The notes under the pieces were generated by a model. The model saw only the letters and a program-made list of their open reading frames with translations. It ran no database searches and had not been told where the DNA came from. Below are positions 44,252 to 54,368 of a DNA stretch of 64,000 nt, one piece after another; within the stretch, counting starts at the first letter, position 1, and the number at the start of each line of letters is the position of its first letter. Source of the DNA: Vulcanimicrobiota bacterium (GTDB lineage: Bacteria > Vulcanimicrobiota > Xenobia > Xenobiales > JADMJV01). The stretch covers positions 160,001 through 224,000 of the forward strand of contig JBFWNU010000008.1 in the NCBI GenBank assembly GCA_050250895.1. The letters are read 5' to 3'. The position numbers were made by a program, and so were the translations under genes.

Positions 44252-45187
44252 ATGGAACGTCAAGCCACCTATGAGCAACTGGTTCCCCTGTTGCGCGATG
44301 TCGAGGTCGACCGCAAGGCGGGACAGGTTCGGTGCGTGTTCGTGTGTCCGGTCACCGGTCGCCGGCTGCCTTCGAGCCATTATATCGAGCATTCTGACGG
44401 AGTGGTCGACTCGGTTCTCGACGGCGTTTCGACCAGCTTCTGGTACAACTTGCGCCGCCGGGTTTTCGGCACGGTGGTCTCTTATTTCAACTCCGGCCTG
44501 ATGCGCGATGTGGTCGAGGGCACCGCCAATAGCCTGCTCTATCGGGGGGACGAACGCTTTATCAGCGAGTCTGAAGTGCAGGCCGGGGTGGTCCGAGCCT
44601 TCGAGGCTGTCGCTCACGAGTTTCATTGGGACCGCGAGGGCTGGGTGGCCCGCGAGGTGGTCGAGCAGTTCGCCGGGGACTTCCATCGCCAACTGCGAGA
44701 TTATCCCATCCAGACGCGCTATGAGGCTGTGACGCTGGGTCGGGTGCTGGCAGCGGTGGCCCGGCTCGAAGGAGTCGCCGACTCGGAGTTGGCCTTCTTG
44801 TGGCAGTATGGCTCACCCATGGGCGGCGACGCCGAGGCCAACTTGCGCAGCTCGCCTCCGTCCTCGGTTGAACTCTCTGAGGTGGCGCCCCAGGCTAAGG
44901 CTACCTTGCTGATGTTGGCCTGGACCATGGCTTTGGTGGACGAGAGCCTGAGTCCAACCGAGCAGAGCTATCTGCGCAGCGTGGCCGAGGATCTCGGGCT
45001 GGACGGTCAGACCGAAGAAGCCATGCAGGCGGCAGCGCGCCAATTCGTGATCGAGCAGGTGGTCGACCTTGACCAGCAACCCGATCGGGCCGCTCTCGGG
45101 CAGTTGGCCCAACGCCTGGGCTATAGCTTAGACGAGTTCGAGCGGGTGGTGGTGCGCCTCAAGAAACGTCAGCCACCCAGCTCGTAG
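44252..45187 (+). CDS. TerB-like domain protein
   Basis: LLMLAWTMALVDESLSPTEQSYL..VAEDLGL motif. Confidence 0.65.
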   Translation: MERQATYEQLVPLLRDVEVDRKAGQVRCVFVCPVTGRRLPSSHYIEHSDGVVDSVLDGVSTSFWYNLRRRVFGTVVSYFNSGLMRDVVEGTANSLLYRGDERFISESEVQAGVVRAFEAVAHEFHWDREGWVAREVVEQFAGDFHRQLRDYPIQTRYEAVTLGRVLAAVARLEGVADSELAFLWQYGSPMGGDAEANLRSSPPSSVELSEVAPQAKATLLMLAWTMALVDESLSPTEQSYLRSVAEDLGLDGQTEEAMQAAARQFVIEQVVDLDQQPDRAALGQLAQRLGYSLDEFERVVVRLKKRQPPSS

Positions 45188-45870
45188 TATTCGATCCAGC
45201 GTCGTCCGCGGCGCACCTGATGCAACCGCTTGAGCCCCAGACCTCGTTGTTGGGCCCACTGGGCCAGAGCCTCGGGCGGCAGGGGCCAATGGGTGAAGGT
45301 GTGCAGGCGGGCTTCCAACACCACCCCAAGCCCATCCAATTCTTCCAGCAGCAGTTCGCATTCCAACTCCCCGCCCTGTCGGTTCCACCGGGCCATGGTG
45401 GCCAGGCGCCGCGGTTCTTCCTGATCGAACTCTGGCCGGCGGGCCAGTCGGCTGGGATTAGGCCAGTGGTCGCGCTCGAGCACTTGCTGGTCGAGCCGGT
45501 AGGTCTCGAGCAACAATCGCGACGGGTTTTCTTGGCGGCAATGGTCGAGATAGGCCAGGGCGTCGGGGCGAGCGTGCAGCGCGTGGTGCGAGATGACCAC
45601 CAGCTCAAAAGGCGCAACCCCGCGCCTGGGTTGGGGGTGTTGTAGGCCCACCAGACGATAGGATTTCGCTTGTTTGATGATTCCTTCCAGCCATTGAGGC
45701 TCGAAGGCTCGGGTCTTTAGCAAGCCCGGTGGTATCCCGGACGCATTTTCTCTCGGAGTTTTTGCAGGTGGTGCCAGCGCTCGAGGGCGCGACGGTCCGA
45801 GCTGTTGTCGCGACAAAAGCGGATGCCCACCAGGTAGCGTCCCGAAAAATCGTCGGCCGGACGCTTCCAT
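45169..45870 (-). CDS. Hypothetical protein (true start probably downstream of 45716)
   Basis: The ORF fills the gap after the PilZ gene but its 5' part overlaps PilZ. Confidence 0.4.
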   Translation of the reverse strand: MEASGRRFFGTLPGGHPLLSRQQLGPSRPRALAPPAKTPRENASGIPPGLLKTRAFEPQWLEGIIKQAKSYRLVGLQHPQPRRGVAPFELVVISHHALHARPDALAYLDHCRQENPSRLLLETYRLDQQVLERDHWPNPSRLARRPEFDQEEPRRLATMARWNRQGGELECELLLEELDGLGVVLEARLHTFTHWPLPPEALAQWAQQRGLGLKRLHQVRRGRRWIEYYELGG

Positions 45871-46097
45871 ACGGCTGTGCCGGGAACCGTCACCATCCGT
45901 CCCATCAGCTTGAGCGTTACCTGAACGCCTCGGTCCGGTTCGATGTCTTCATCGGTAACGATGCTGGCTCCGCCTTCACCCACCGAGAAGGCGACGCTGC
46001 GCGTGAAAGTGTCGGCGTCACAACGATACCAGGCCGGAAGGGTGCGTTTGACTCGTTCCGACCGGCGCCGGTCCTTGTCCTTATTGTCCAAACCCAT
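45717..46097 (-). CDS. Stand-alone PilZ-domain protein
   Basis: DRRRSER, SVGEGGASI and YLVGIRF motifs. Confidence 0.8.
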   Translation of the reverse strand: MGLDNKDKDRRRSERVKRTLPAWYRCDADTFTRSVAFSVGEGGASIVTDEDIEPDRGVQVTLKLMGRMVTVPGTAVWKRPADDFSGRYLVGIRFCRDNSSDRRALERWHHLQKLREKMRPGYHRAC

Positions 46098-46160
46098 AGA
46101 CGAAACCCCTTTGATGGATTGGACCCAGTCTAGCGATGGCGCCTTAAAAAAAGCTTGAAA

Positions 46161-47555
46161 TCAAGGCTCGAGCTGCTGCCGGGCCAGCGCTTGTTCGAGC
46201 TCGGGTCGACCCGATAACCAGGTATCGAACGAAGTGTTGCTCGCCGCCTCGTCGTTGAGATAGACCGCAAAGAGCAACAGGCGGGCGAAACGCTCGGCAA
46301 ACTGAGGCGCTAGTTTGCGCTTGGACTCTCGGTCCGAGTTCAGGCTTTCGCCGATACTCTCGCGAAGGTCGACCAGGGTCTTCCCGGTCACAGGGTCTTT
46401 TCCGAGTTCGTCGATGAGCCGCTCGAGCGAGACCGAGCCCGAGACCAGGCCTTGGACGGTCTTGAGCACCTCGCCCAGACCCACCGTGCTGACCCAGCCT
46501 TGCAGGGCCGCCCAGGCGGGGTTGTCCTTCTTTTGCTCCATCTGGTCGAGCAGGTTGAAAACCGTCAGCGCGGTGGTGGTACGTCCGCGTCCGCCGTGGC
46601 AGTTGACGATGAACTCCGAGTCGAGACTGCACTGATCGTGGATCTCGCGCAGGCGGTCGAAGTCGTCGGCTGCGGGAGCATGTTCGTCGGTTACCGGCAC
46701 CCGGTGGTAGTTCAATTGATAGCCCTCGCCGCGGAGCTGTTCCACCACCTGGTTGGGGGTCTGGATCTGGTCGGGCTTGACCTTCATGTAAACGGGTTTG
46801 GTCTCGGGCTGGCCGTCGACCATCACTTCTTCATGGAGCAAGATGTAGCCCTGGGGGGGTGAATCAATCTCGGCCTTGAGCCGGTCAGCCCACTCCTGTT
46901 CACGACGGGCGACCTCTTCCCCGCTGTCGCCGGCGGTGGAGTGGTTCTCGCGGTCGTCGATTCGCATGTTGTAGGGCTTGCCCTGGATATACACAACCGG
47001 TTCTTCGCGCATGTTCACCCAGGTGAACTGTTTGGACTTGTCGAGCATTTTGCGTAGTCCGTCGACGGTCGGTTGGCCGGTCGCCTGGTAGCGGCCCATC
47101 CGGCGGTAAGAGGGAGTGCCGTCGGGGTTGTCGCCGAGCCAATCGATACCCGGATACTGATCGGCCTTGACTCGCATCCCGTCACGACGTTCGAGTTCTT
47201 TTTGCTCTTCTTCGGCGGTGGCCTCGACTCTGTCCCGGCCATCAAAGCGAGGCCCGATGGTGGGTTCTTCCACCGGAGCGCCGGCCAGTAGCCACTGGTT
47301 GGAAGCGGGAGCCCGAGACGGGTCGACTCTGGCCGCTGGCGCCTCTGCCAACAACTCATCCAAAAGAGCCGGGGGCAAGATGCCGCCCAGCAGGCGCAAG
47401 CCCTTCAGCGGCCGGGTGGGAATGAACTGGGCCGAGGTCGGGGTGGCCTCGGGGCCGGACACGAATTGGTCGCTGGGCGTGACTGCGATGGGGCTGCGGT
47501 GGGTGTAGTTGGCGAGAGGAGAAACGAACTGCCGAGAACCGATGGTCGAGAGCAT
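46161..47555 (-). CDS. PTP-like phosphatase (paladin / PTP-like phytase type)
   Basis: GQPT, WVNMREEPVVYIQGKPY, YHRVPVTDEHAP and the catalytic loop NCHGGRGRTT. Confidence 0.85.
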   Translation of the reverse strand: MLSTIGSRQFVSPLANYTHRSPIAVTPSDQFVSGPEATPTSAQFIPTRPLKGLRLLGGILPPALLDELLAEAPAARVDPSRAPASNQWLLAGAPVEEPTIGPRFDGRDRVEATAEEEQKELERRDGMRVKADQYPGIDWLGDNPDGTPSYRRMGRYQATGQPTVDGLRKMLDKSKQFTWVNMREEPVVYIQGKPYNMRIDDRENHSTAGDSGEEVARREQEWADRLKAEIDSPPQGYILLHEEVMVDGQPETKPVYMKVKPDQIQTPNQVVEQLRGEGYQLNYHRVPVTDEHAPAADDFDRLREIHDQCSLDSEFIVNCHGGRGRTTTALTVFNLLDQMEQKKDNPAWAALQGWVSTVGLGEVLKTVQGLVSGSVSLERLIDELGKDPVTGKTLVDLRESIGESLNSDRESKRKLAPQFAERFARLLLFAVYLNDEAASNTSFDTWLSGRPELEQALARQQLEP

Positions 47556-47739
47556 GAGCACATACACCTTTCTTGTGTATCCTCGCTTCGCTCTCCGCTC
47601 CGAACGCGTGGACCGTGCTCTCAGGTTAGCTTCTCCGGGGAACAAAAGTTGTTACAGAAATGTAACCCGGAGACCAGATACACAAAACCCTTAATCTAAA
47701 CTGAAAGCCGGCCGGGTTTCGATGAGCAGGATGTTACCG

Positions 47740-47934
47740 TCAGGGCAGATGGCACAAATGCCTCCGGTGCGCTAACAGCCGACGCAGTCGGTGGCCAGGA
47801 TCTGTCACGTCTTGCACCTGGTTTCGGCGCAGGTAGCGTCCACCCAGTCGGGCCCTGACCCTTTGGTCGCTGAGGTGCTCGAGGTGGATCACGTCCTGGG
47901 TACTAAATCCGAAGGCGGTTAGATGTTCGAACAA
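47740..47934 (-). CDS. Small hypothetical protein (64 aa)
   Basis: Strong AAGGAGG upstream of the TTG start. Confidence 0.4.
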   Translation of the reverse strand: MFEHLTAFGFSTQDVIHLEHLSDQRVRARLGGRYLRRNQVQDVTDPGHRLRRLLAHRRHLCHLP

Positions 47935-48128
47935 CGACGCCTAAGCCTCCTTTGATGTCCCCTCGCATGATTTCCAGCCGGAAAGCTCGGTTGGTTCCTG
48001 GCTCGAATGCCCGTGGTTATAGGCCTCGTTGAAGTGATCAGGAAAGAGGAATGAAAACGGGTTTCGATGGGGAATATGCCCCTCACGCCCTCCGGTGGGG
48101 GCTCGTTAGTATTGACTCAGGAGTAACC

Positions 48129-50849
48129 ATGGCCTCATCATCAGATTCCTTGACCCTCGAGGAACAGCTCAACGAACTCCGCGAGGAGAACCGCGGTCTG
48201 CGCGAGCAGATCTCCGGTCCCGACCTGAGCGCGTTCGAGCAAAACCGCCAGCTCAAGATCGAACGCAAGAAGCTGCAGGATGACGTCCGCCGGTTGACTT
48301 CAGAGTGTGTCCAATTGACCTTCCAGATCCGCGAACTCGAGGGCAAGCTGTCTGACACCGAGGGCAAACTCCAGGCCACCGAAGGAAAGCTTCGCGATGC
48401 CGAAGACCAGCTGCGCCAGGCCCACGAAGAGGCCGATGGGTACCGGGCCAGCATCGAACAGCATCGCTCTCAGGAGATGATGCTCAGCCAGGAGCTTGAA
48501 GATACACGGACTACCAACGCCGACACTTTGAAAAAGCTCGAGCAAGAGCGCGAAGAGCAGCTTCGCCAGCTTGAGCAAGAACGCGAGCAAGAGCGGCGCC
48601 GGCTCGAAGAGGAGCGGGAAGCGGCTCTGGCCGAGGCCGAAGAGCGGATGCAATCCGAGATCGCCCAGCGCGAGGGCCAGATCGGCGAGCTGCGTCAGCG
48701 GGTGGATGAGTTCAAAGAGCAGTTCTTGAGCACCGAACTGCCGGCGCTGGATGCCGACGCGTCGATCGGAGAAGGACGCGCCTTCTCGCTGTTGACCGAG
48801 CATCTCGAGCGTTTGCTCGGCTATCCCGGTCGGACCCTGGTCGAGCAGGTCTTCTCGCTCTGCCGGGCCGATTTCTCCACCTCCGATCCCAAGCAGCTCG
48901 AAGACGTCTTCGAGGCCCTGCAAGACACCGCCAGCAAACTGGTGCGCAGTCCCGACCAGGAGAAAGAGTTGGCCGACGTACTGGCGGCATGCTGGGCCGA
49001 ACTTGGCGTGTCCGAAGAGCGGCCGGCCAGGACGGCTGAGGCGACCCCCACCGAACCCGAGCCCGAGTCGGTCGAAGAGACGCCGACCGCCCCCGAGCGC
49101 GAGGTGGTCGAAGAAGCTGCCGTCGAAGAGGACGTGAGCGAGGAACCGGTGGTCGAAGAACCCGTGGTCGAGGAACCCGTGGTCGAGGAACCGGTGGTGG
49201 AAGAGCCGGTTGTCGAAGAACCCGTGGTCGAGGAGCCGGTGGTAGAAGAGCCCGTGGCAGAAGAGCCCGCTGCCGAAGAAGCAGAGAGCGAGCCGGAGGT
49301 GGCCGAGGCTGTGGCCGAAGGAGCCGCCACCGGTGCGGCTACTGGTGAGGTCACCTTCGAATCCGCCGTCGCGCTGCTTCACGAAGGCCAGTTTGACCAG
49401 GCGGCCGCCCAGTTCGAAACGTTGCGGTCGGGTGATGGCGGCAACGAGGTCAGTGTCGGGCTGATGAGCGCCCAGATCGGAGCCGGTCGGGTCGACGACG
49501 CGGTGGAGCTGGGTCTGAACCTGCGAGGCCAGGACCTTGGCGAAGCCGAAGAACAGTTCCGCAGCGTCTGGGAAACGACCCTGACGACCAAGCTCAAGAA
49601 CCCGGACAGCGACCTGCAACGCAAACGGCTGCTGCTCGCCCTGGCCGAGCTCAAGTTGCCTGCCGAGGCGGGACTCGAAGCTCTCGACGAAGCCGAGCAG
49701 ATTCCGGTTCGGCTCGACGAAGACGGCTTGCTCAGCTACTATCAGGTCGTCTCGCGAGTCGACAATGAGGATGTCACCGCCTATCTGCTCGACTACATGC
49801 ACTCGCTGGGCGATAAGCCCGAGTTGTTCGAGCATCTCTCCAAGAACTTTTCGCGCTATCCCGAAATCGCCAAGGTGGCCGAAGCGGTCGTGGCGCTGGC
49901 CGGACAATCCCGAACCGGGGCCCAGGAGGCCGAAGAGGCGGCCGGCGAGTTGCTCGCCCCGCAGTACGCTACCCGTGAGATGGCCGAGGAGATCGGTGAC
50001 CCCGGCGAAGAGGCCATGGTCGAGGTCTTTCTCGACCACCTGATCCCCCGGGCCGGCCTCGAATTGCCGGTGCCGTCCGACGAGTTCGAAGAGTTTCTCC
50101 ATGACTCCGAGCCGGCCGCGTTCGTAGGTTCGCTGCGCCAGGCTCTGCGCAACATCGACTATACCGTCTTCTTTGAGGAGATCGAGGTGTTGAGTTATGC
50201 GGGCGAGGCCGATTTTCTGGTCGAGAGCTGTCCTGAGCCCACGCCCACGCTGCTGTTCCACTCCAAGGTCGAGAACGTGCCGCCCGAAGAGTTACGTTTT
50301 CTGGTTTTTCGCCGGCTGGTTCAGATGTATCGTCGCCACGCCTATCTCGAACATATGGCCCGCGCTCTCGACGACGCCGCCCGTTGCAAGCTGGTCAAAG
50401 CTTGCATCGAGATTCACCAAGAATCCGAGTACGAGATTTCGCCGATGCTGGTCAGCCGGCTGGCAGAGATCTCGGCCCAGGCGGGGGAGGGCGATGACCC
50501 CGAGGTGCGCGGCCAACTCGACGCCTTGCTGGACAAGCTGTATGCCGACACCGGCAGCGACAGTTTCATCGAGCTGGGCGACTTTCTCTATGACAACCAG
50601 CTGGCCAAGAAATGGCTGGACCCGCTGGCCGACCAGTTCGCCGCCTCGGTGGTGGGTCTCACCACCGCGAGCTATGCGACCGCTCGCGATATGGTAGACG
50701 ATGAGCTATTTAGCGAACTCGAGGCCAAGGGTCTGGGTTTGCTCTGGCAAGACGAAAACCGCGAGCAGTACGAAGAACTTCGGCTGCGCTTGCAGCGACT
50801 CTGGCTTGGACCCCTCAAAGCGGCCAGCTACGAACTCGAAGAAGAATAA
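48129..50849 (+). CDS. Large acidic protein with N-terminal coiled coil, EEPVV repeats and helical C-terminus
   Basis: AGGAG RBS before MASSS. Heptad-rich N-terminus. Confidence 0.8.
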   Translation: MASSSDSLTLEEQLNELREENRGLREQISGPDLSAFEQNRQLKIERKKLQDDVRRLTSECVQLTFQIRELEGKLSDTEGKLQATEGKLRDAEDQLRQAHEEADGYRASIEQHRSQEMMLSQELEDTRTTNADTLKKLEQEREEQLRQLEQEREQERRRLEEEREAALAEAEERMQSEIAQREGQIGELRQRVDEFKEQFLSTELPALDADASIGEGRAFSLLTEHLERLLGYPGRTLVEQVFSLCRADFSTSDPKQLEDVFEALQDTASKLVRSPDQEKELADVLAACWAELGVSEERPARTAEATPTEPEPESVEETPTAPEREVVEEAAVEEDVSEEPVVEEPVVEEPVVEEPVVEEPVVEEPVVEEPVVEEPVAEEPAAEEAESEPEVAEAVAEGAATGAATGEVTFESAVALLHEGQFDQAAAQFETLRSGDGGNEVSVGLMSAQIGAGRVDDAVELGLNLRGQDLGEAEEQFRSVWETTLTTKLKNPDSDLQRKRLLLALAELKLPAEAGLEALDEAEQIPVRLDEDGLLSYYQVVSRVDNEDVTAYLLDYMHSLGDKPELFEHLSKNFSRYPEIAKVAEAVVALAGQSRTGAQEAEEAAGELLAPQYATREMAEEIGDPGEEAMVEVFLDHLIPRAGLELPVPSDEFEEFLHDSEPAAFVGSLRQALRNIDYTVFFEEIEVLSYAGEADFLVESCPEPTPTLLFHSKVENVPPEELRFLVFRRLVQMYRRHAYLEHMARALDDAARCKLVKACIEIHQESEYEISPMLVSRLAEISAQAGEGDDPEVRGQLDALLDKLYADTGSDSFIELGDFLYDNQLAKKWLDPLADQFAASVVGLTTASYATARDMVDDELFSELEAKGLGLLWQDENREQYEELRLRLQRLWLGPLKAASYELEEE
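49140..49274 (+). repeat. Coding 15-bp tandem repeat: (EEPVV)x7 plus EEPVA and EEPAA
   Basis: Direct translation. Synonymous codons vary between units. Confidence 0.92.
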
Positions 50850-50872
50850 CCGGCCGATATCGAGGTCCGAAA

Positions 50873-50895
50873 ACGGCCAGCCTCAGGCTGGCCGT
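50873..50895. terminator. GC hairpin between genes, possible terminator
   Basis: ACGGCCAGCC-tca-GGCTGGCCGT with only a weak U-tract on the + strand. Confidence 0.45.
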
Positions 50896-50913
50896 CTCTG
50901 TTATACTCGCCTC

Positions 50914-52296
50914 ATGGAACTCGACGCAGACCAATGCTACTCTTTGATCGCGGCTCGTGACGCTCGCTACGATGGCCTGTTTTATACCGCCGTCACCACC
51001 ACCGGGATCTACTGCCGGCCCATCTGTCCCGCCCGGACTCCGAAACGCACAAATGTTCGGTTTTTCCGCAGTTCGGCCGAGGCCAAGCGACATGGTTTTC
51101 GTCCCTGCCTTCGCTGCCGTCCTGAGCTTGCTCCCGACAGCTTCTCGTTTCACGAGCCCTCGGGGGTGCTGGGGCGCGGCCTGACCCTGATCGCCGAAGG
51201 GGTGCTCGATGAAGCCCCGGTCGCTGAACTGGCCAGACGTCTGAACGTCAGCGACCGGCATTTGCGTCGTCTGTTCGATAAGCATCTGGGAGCGGCGCCC
51301 TCCGAGGTGGCATCGGCCCGCCGTCTCGAGGCGGCCAAGCGTTTGCTGGACCAGACCTCGATGTCGATGACCGAGGTCGCCTTTGCCTCGGGGTTCGCCA
51401 GTTTGCGGCGCTTCAATCACGCCTTTTCCAAAGCCTACGGATGCTCGCCGTCGCGACTGCGAGGTCAGTCCCGCCGCGACCGGGGCGTGACTCTTAAGCT
51501 GGGGTGGCGAGGCGACTATGATTGGAACTGGGTGTGGGGCTACCTGCAGGCTCGGGCCATCGGCGGGCTAGAGACCGTGCGCTCCGGTTTCTATCGTCGC
51601 CTTTTCCGAGTCGAGGACCGGCTGTGTGCGGTCGAAGTGACGCCCCGTCACCATCAGCTCGTGGTTCGCCTCGAGGGCGAGCTGGAAGGCCCCGCCCTGG
51701 CGGCGACGGTTCGCGGCATCAGCTTGAGGGTAGGGCGGCTGTTTGACCTGTCGCTGGACCCCATGCGTCTGGAAGGTTTGGCCGGCGATGCTCTGCTAGG
51801 ACGCTGGTTGCGGGGGATTCGGGTGCCGGGTTGTTGGGACGGCTTCGAGATGGCGGTTCGCGCCGTGCTCGGCCAGCAGGTGAGCGTGGCCGCGGCCACC
51901 ACCGTCTGCGCGCGGCTCGTCGAGCGTTTTGGCCGTGAGGGAGAGTTTCCGCGGCCAGAAGTGCTGGCCGAGGCTCGGCTCGAGGAGATCGGCCTGCCGG
52001 GCAAGCGGGCCGCCTGCCTTCGCGGTTTGTCCGCCCGGGTCGCCGAAGGCCGGCTACGTCTGGACGCTGCCTTGAGCGAGCCGGACCTTGAAGGCCTGCC
52101 CGGCCTGGGCCCCTGGACCCGCAGCTATCTGGCCATGCGGGTAGGGCGGCAGCCTGATGCCTTCCCGGCCGGAGATCTGGTTTTGCGCAAAATGGCCGGA
52201 GGACTCAAAGAGCGCCAACTCGAGCAGCTCTCGCGGGCCTGGCAGCCCTGGCGGGCCTACGCCGCCATGGCCTTGTGGAAAGGAGCGACACAATGA
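50914..52296 (+). CDS. alkA: Ada-N/AraC-AlkA fusion (DNA-3-methyladenine glycosylase II)
   Basis: TTGIYCRPICPA, FRPCLRCRPE, AraC HTH, RAVLGQQVS, LPGLGPWT and PWRAYA motifs. Confidence 0.92.
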   Translation: MELDADQCYSLIAARDARYDGLFYTAVTTTGIYCRPICPARTPKRTNVRFFRSSAEAKRHGFRPCLRCRPELAPDSFSFHEPSGVLGRGLTLIAEGVLDEAPVAELARRLNVSDRHLRRLFDKHLGAAPSEVASARRLEAAKRLLDQTSMSMTEVAFASGFASLRRFNHAFSKAYGCSPSRLRGQSRRDRGVTLKLGWRGDYDWNWVWGYLQARAIGGLETVRSGFYRRLFRVEDRLCAVEVTPRHHQLVVRLEGELEGPALAATVRGISLRVGRLFDLSLDPMRLEGLAGDALLGRWLRGIRVPGCWDGFEMAVRAVLGQQVSVAAATTVCARLVERFGREGEFPRPEVLAEARLEEIGLPGKRAACLRGLSARVAEGRLRLDAALSEPDLEGLPGLGPWTRSYLAMRVGRQPDAFPAGDLVLRKMAGGLKERQLEQLSRAWQPWRAYAAMALWKGATQ

Positions 52297-52778
52297 ATTA
52301 TCAGCTCATGGAGACCCCTCTGGGACCCCTGATGGTGGCCGAGAGTGACCGGGGAGTGGCTCGGATCGCCTTTACCGAGGCCGATGCTCCCATCCGTCCG
52401 GGGTCGGACTGGCGGCAGGGTTCTCTGCGCAGTCCGGCGGTGCGGCAGCTAGAAGAATATTTCGCGGGCCAGCGTCAAACCTTCGAGTTCGACCTCGACC
52501 CTCAGGGCACGCCTTTTCAACTGCAAGTGTGGCGTTGCCTGATGGAGATCCCCTATGGAGAGACCTGGAGCTATGGACAGCTGGCCCGGCATCTGGGGCG
52601 ACCCAACGCTTCGCGGGCGGTAGGCGCGGCCAACGGACGCAATCCGCTGCCGGTGGTCGTTCCCTGTCATCGAGTGATCGGGGCCAACGGCAGTCTGACC
52701 GGCTACGCGGGCGGCTTGCGGTTCAAGCAGGGTCTGCTCGCACTCGAGCAGGCTACTCTCCAGCCCCTTCTTCTCTGA
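52293..52778 (+). CDS. ogt: Methylated-DNA-protein-cysteine methyltransferase
   Basis: GTPFQ, IPYGET, RAVGAANGRNP and active site PCHRV. Confidence 0.94.
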   Translation: MNYQLMETPLGPLMVAESDRGVARIAFTEADAPIRPGSDWRQGSLRSPAVRQLEEYFAGQRQTFEFDLDPQGTPFQLQVWRCLMEIPYGETWSYGQLARHLGRPNASRAVGAANGRNPLPVVVPCHRVIGANGSLTGYAGGLRFKQGLLALEQATLQPLLL

Positions 52779-53763
52779 GCTCGAAATGGCGCCAGCCACC
52801 GTTGTCCTGGGGCGGTTCCTCTTGGATGGCCGGGGCGGGCGCCGGTTCGGGGGCGGCCACCGGGGCCGGGGCCGGCGGTGGAACGGGCTTGGGCGGACGG
52901 GTCCTGGCGGCGCTATTCATCTTGACCCGAACCGCCTCGCCGCCTCGGGTCAACACGACTTCGCCGTTATCGATCGCCTGAACTCGATAGGAGCCGACGG
53001 ATTCGCCGACCGAGACCGTATAGTGCTTGTCGCCCTGGCTGAGGATGGCCTTGGTGGTGTCGGTCTGCATGATGCCCTGCAGTTCGGGCGGTCCCGAACT
53101 AGAACCGGCCGGGGCCGAAGCCGGACCGCCGGAAGGGGCGGCCGGGGCGGGTTTGGGAGCCGGCGCCGGAGCGTAGTAACGGGGAGGCGTCGGATCCCAG
53201 CCGTTGCCTAGCATGGCCAGCATCTGGTCTTCGTCGAGCCTCGGTTCGGCCTGGTCGAGCCGCTTGGCCGGGTCGTTTTGAGCCACCATCTTGCCGTCAG
53301 GCGAGACACGCCAAACGGCCTCGACGGACTCGCCGCCCCGGCTCAGACTGTAGCTGACCTTCCAATCCGGATTATTCTCGAGCTTGCGGGCACTCCATTT
53401 CTTCTCGACCTTCGCGTCGCCCTCCGCCAGCCATTTCTCCAGCAGTTCGGCCTTTTCTGCCACGGTCAGCAGGCCCTGCCGGGTGGTCTGAACCTGGGTC
53501 ACCACCCGCTGAGCCTCGGGGGAGAGGGCCTCGGGAGCAGGGGTCTCGCCGGGGGTGGGTGTTTCGCCCGGGGTCGCGGTCACGGCCGGCGTCGCTTCGG
53601 GCGTAGCCTCGGGGGTCGGTTCGGCGGAGGTAGCCTCGGGCAAGGGAGTCTCGGCCGAGGCCGCCACCGGAGGGGGGGAGGGTGGGTTGGGTGCGAGCGG
53701 GGGCGCCGGCTGGCCACACCCGAGGCCCAGGGCCAGAATCAGGGCGGTGAAGTAGGAACGCAT
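52753..53763 (-). CDS. Pro-rich lipoprotein with a PilP/GspC-like C-terminal beta domain
   Basis: Lipobox LGLGC. C-terminal region ELQGIM...AIL...VSVGESVGSYRVQAIDNGEVVL. Confidence 0.65.
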   Translation of the reverse strand: MRSYFTALILALGLGCGQPAPPLAPNPPSPPPVAASAETPLPEATSAEPTPEATPEATPAVTATPGETPTPGETPAPEALSPEAQRVVTQVQTTRQGLLTVAEKAELLEKWLAEGDAKVEKKWSARKLENNPDWKVSYSLSRGGESVEAVWRVSPDGKMVAQNDPAKRLDQAEPRLDEDQMLAMLGNGWDPTPPRYYAPAPAPKPAPAAPSGGPASAPAGSSSGPPELQGIMQTDTTKAILSQGDKHYTVSVGESVGSYRVQAIDNGEVVLTRGGEAVRVKMNSAARTRPPKPVPPPAPAPVAAPEPAPAPAIQEEPPQDNGGWRHFELREEGAGE

Positions 53764-54007
53764 AGCCGCACGTTTTTGGCGGGTGGCCTCAATCCCTTTA
53801 AGCAACCCGGTTGGGATTGTCCGCTCCTTGCCTTCGAACAGGCCATCGCCACGCGGTGGCCCGGCTGCGCAACCTCAGGATTTAAGGGAACCTGCGGGCG
53901 TTTGTGAACGGCTTGTTAAGGTCGCCCCAAGCTTTCAGGCTTTTTTCAGGCAGGTTTCATAGTATCACCGTAGAGAACATATAAATACAAACAAGAGGAA
54001 AAGTAGC

Positions 54008-54364
54008 GTGATCAACCCCATCCACAATGTCGGTCAAATTGGCTCCGGTCCAGTCATCAACCGCGCCGCCGAGAAGACTTTCCAAGAACTCGGCACCGGC
54101 GGCAACCATGACTCTTACGCGCCCGGCCTTGAAACCCACGTTGAAGAATTGGCTGTCGACTATCTGACCCGTTGGCTCGAGAATCCCGACGGTGTGGCCA
54201 GCGTCGGTCCCCAGACCGTATCGGCCACCTTCACCCAGGGTCCTGAGGTCAAGCCCGAGGTCACCACCACGATGAGTTACGGTGGAAATTTCACCCCGGA
54301 CCTTCCCCCCGGAATGACGGCCTTCCAGATCGACTGGCAGATCGCCGGGGACCACCCCAAGTAA
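54008..54364 (+). CDS. Hypothetical protein
   Basis: GAGG RBS and an AT-rich promoter region upstream. Confidence 0.65.
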   Translation: MINPIHNVGQIGSGPVINRAAEKTFQELGTGGNHDSYAPGLETHVEELAVDYLTRWLENPDGVASVGPQTVSATFTQGPEVKPEVTTTMSYGGNFTPDLPPGMTAFQIDWQIAGDHPK

Positions 54365-54368
54365 ATCT

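Noticed and set aside
39598-45187. Anti-phage defence island (cyclase-AAA-TPR plus TerB-like genes)
   Set aside because: Both architectures are common signalling or stress proteins. They are not in one operon, and no effector nuclease or mobility gene is adjacent.
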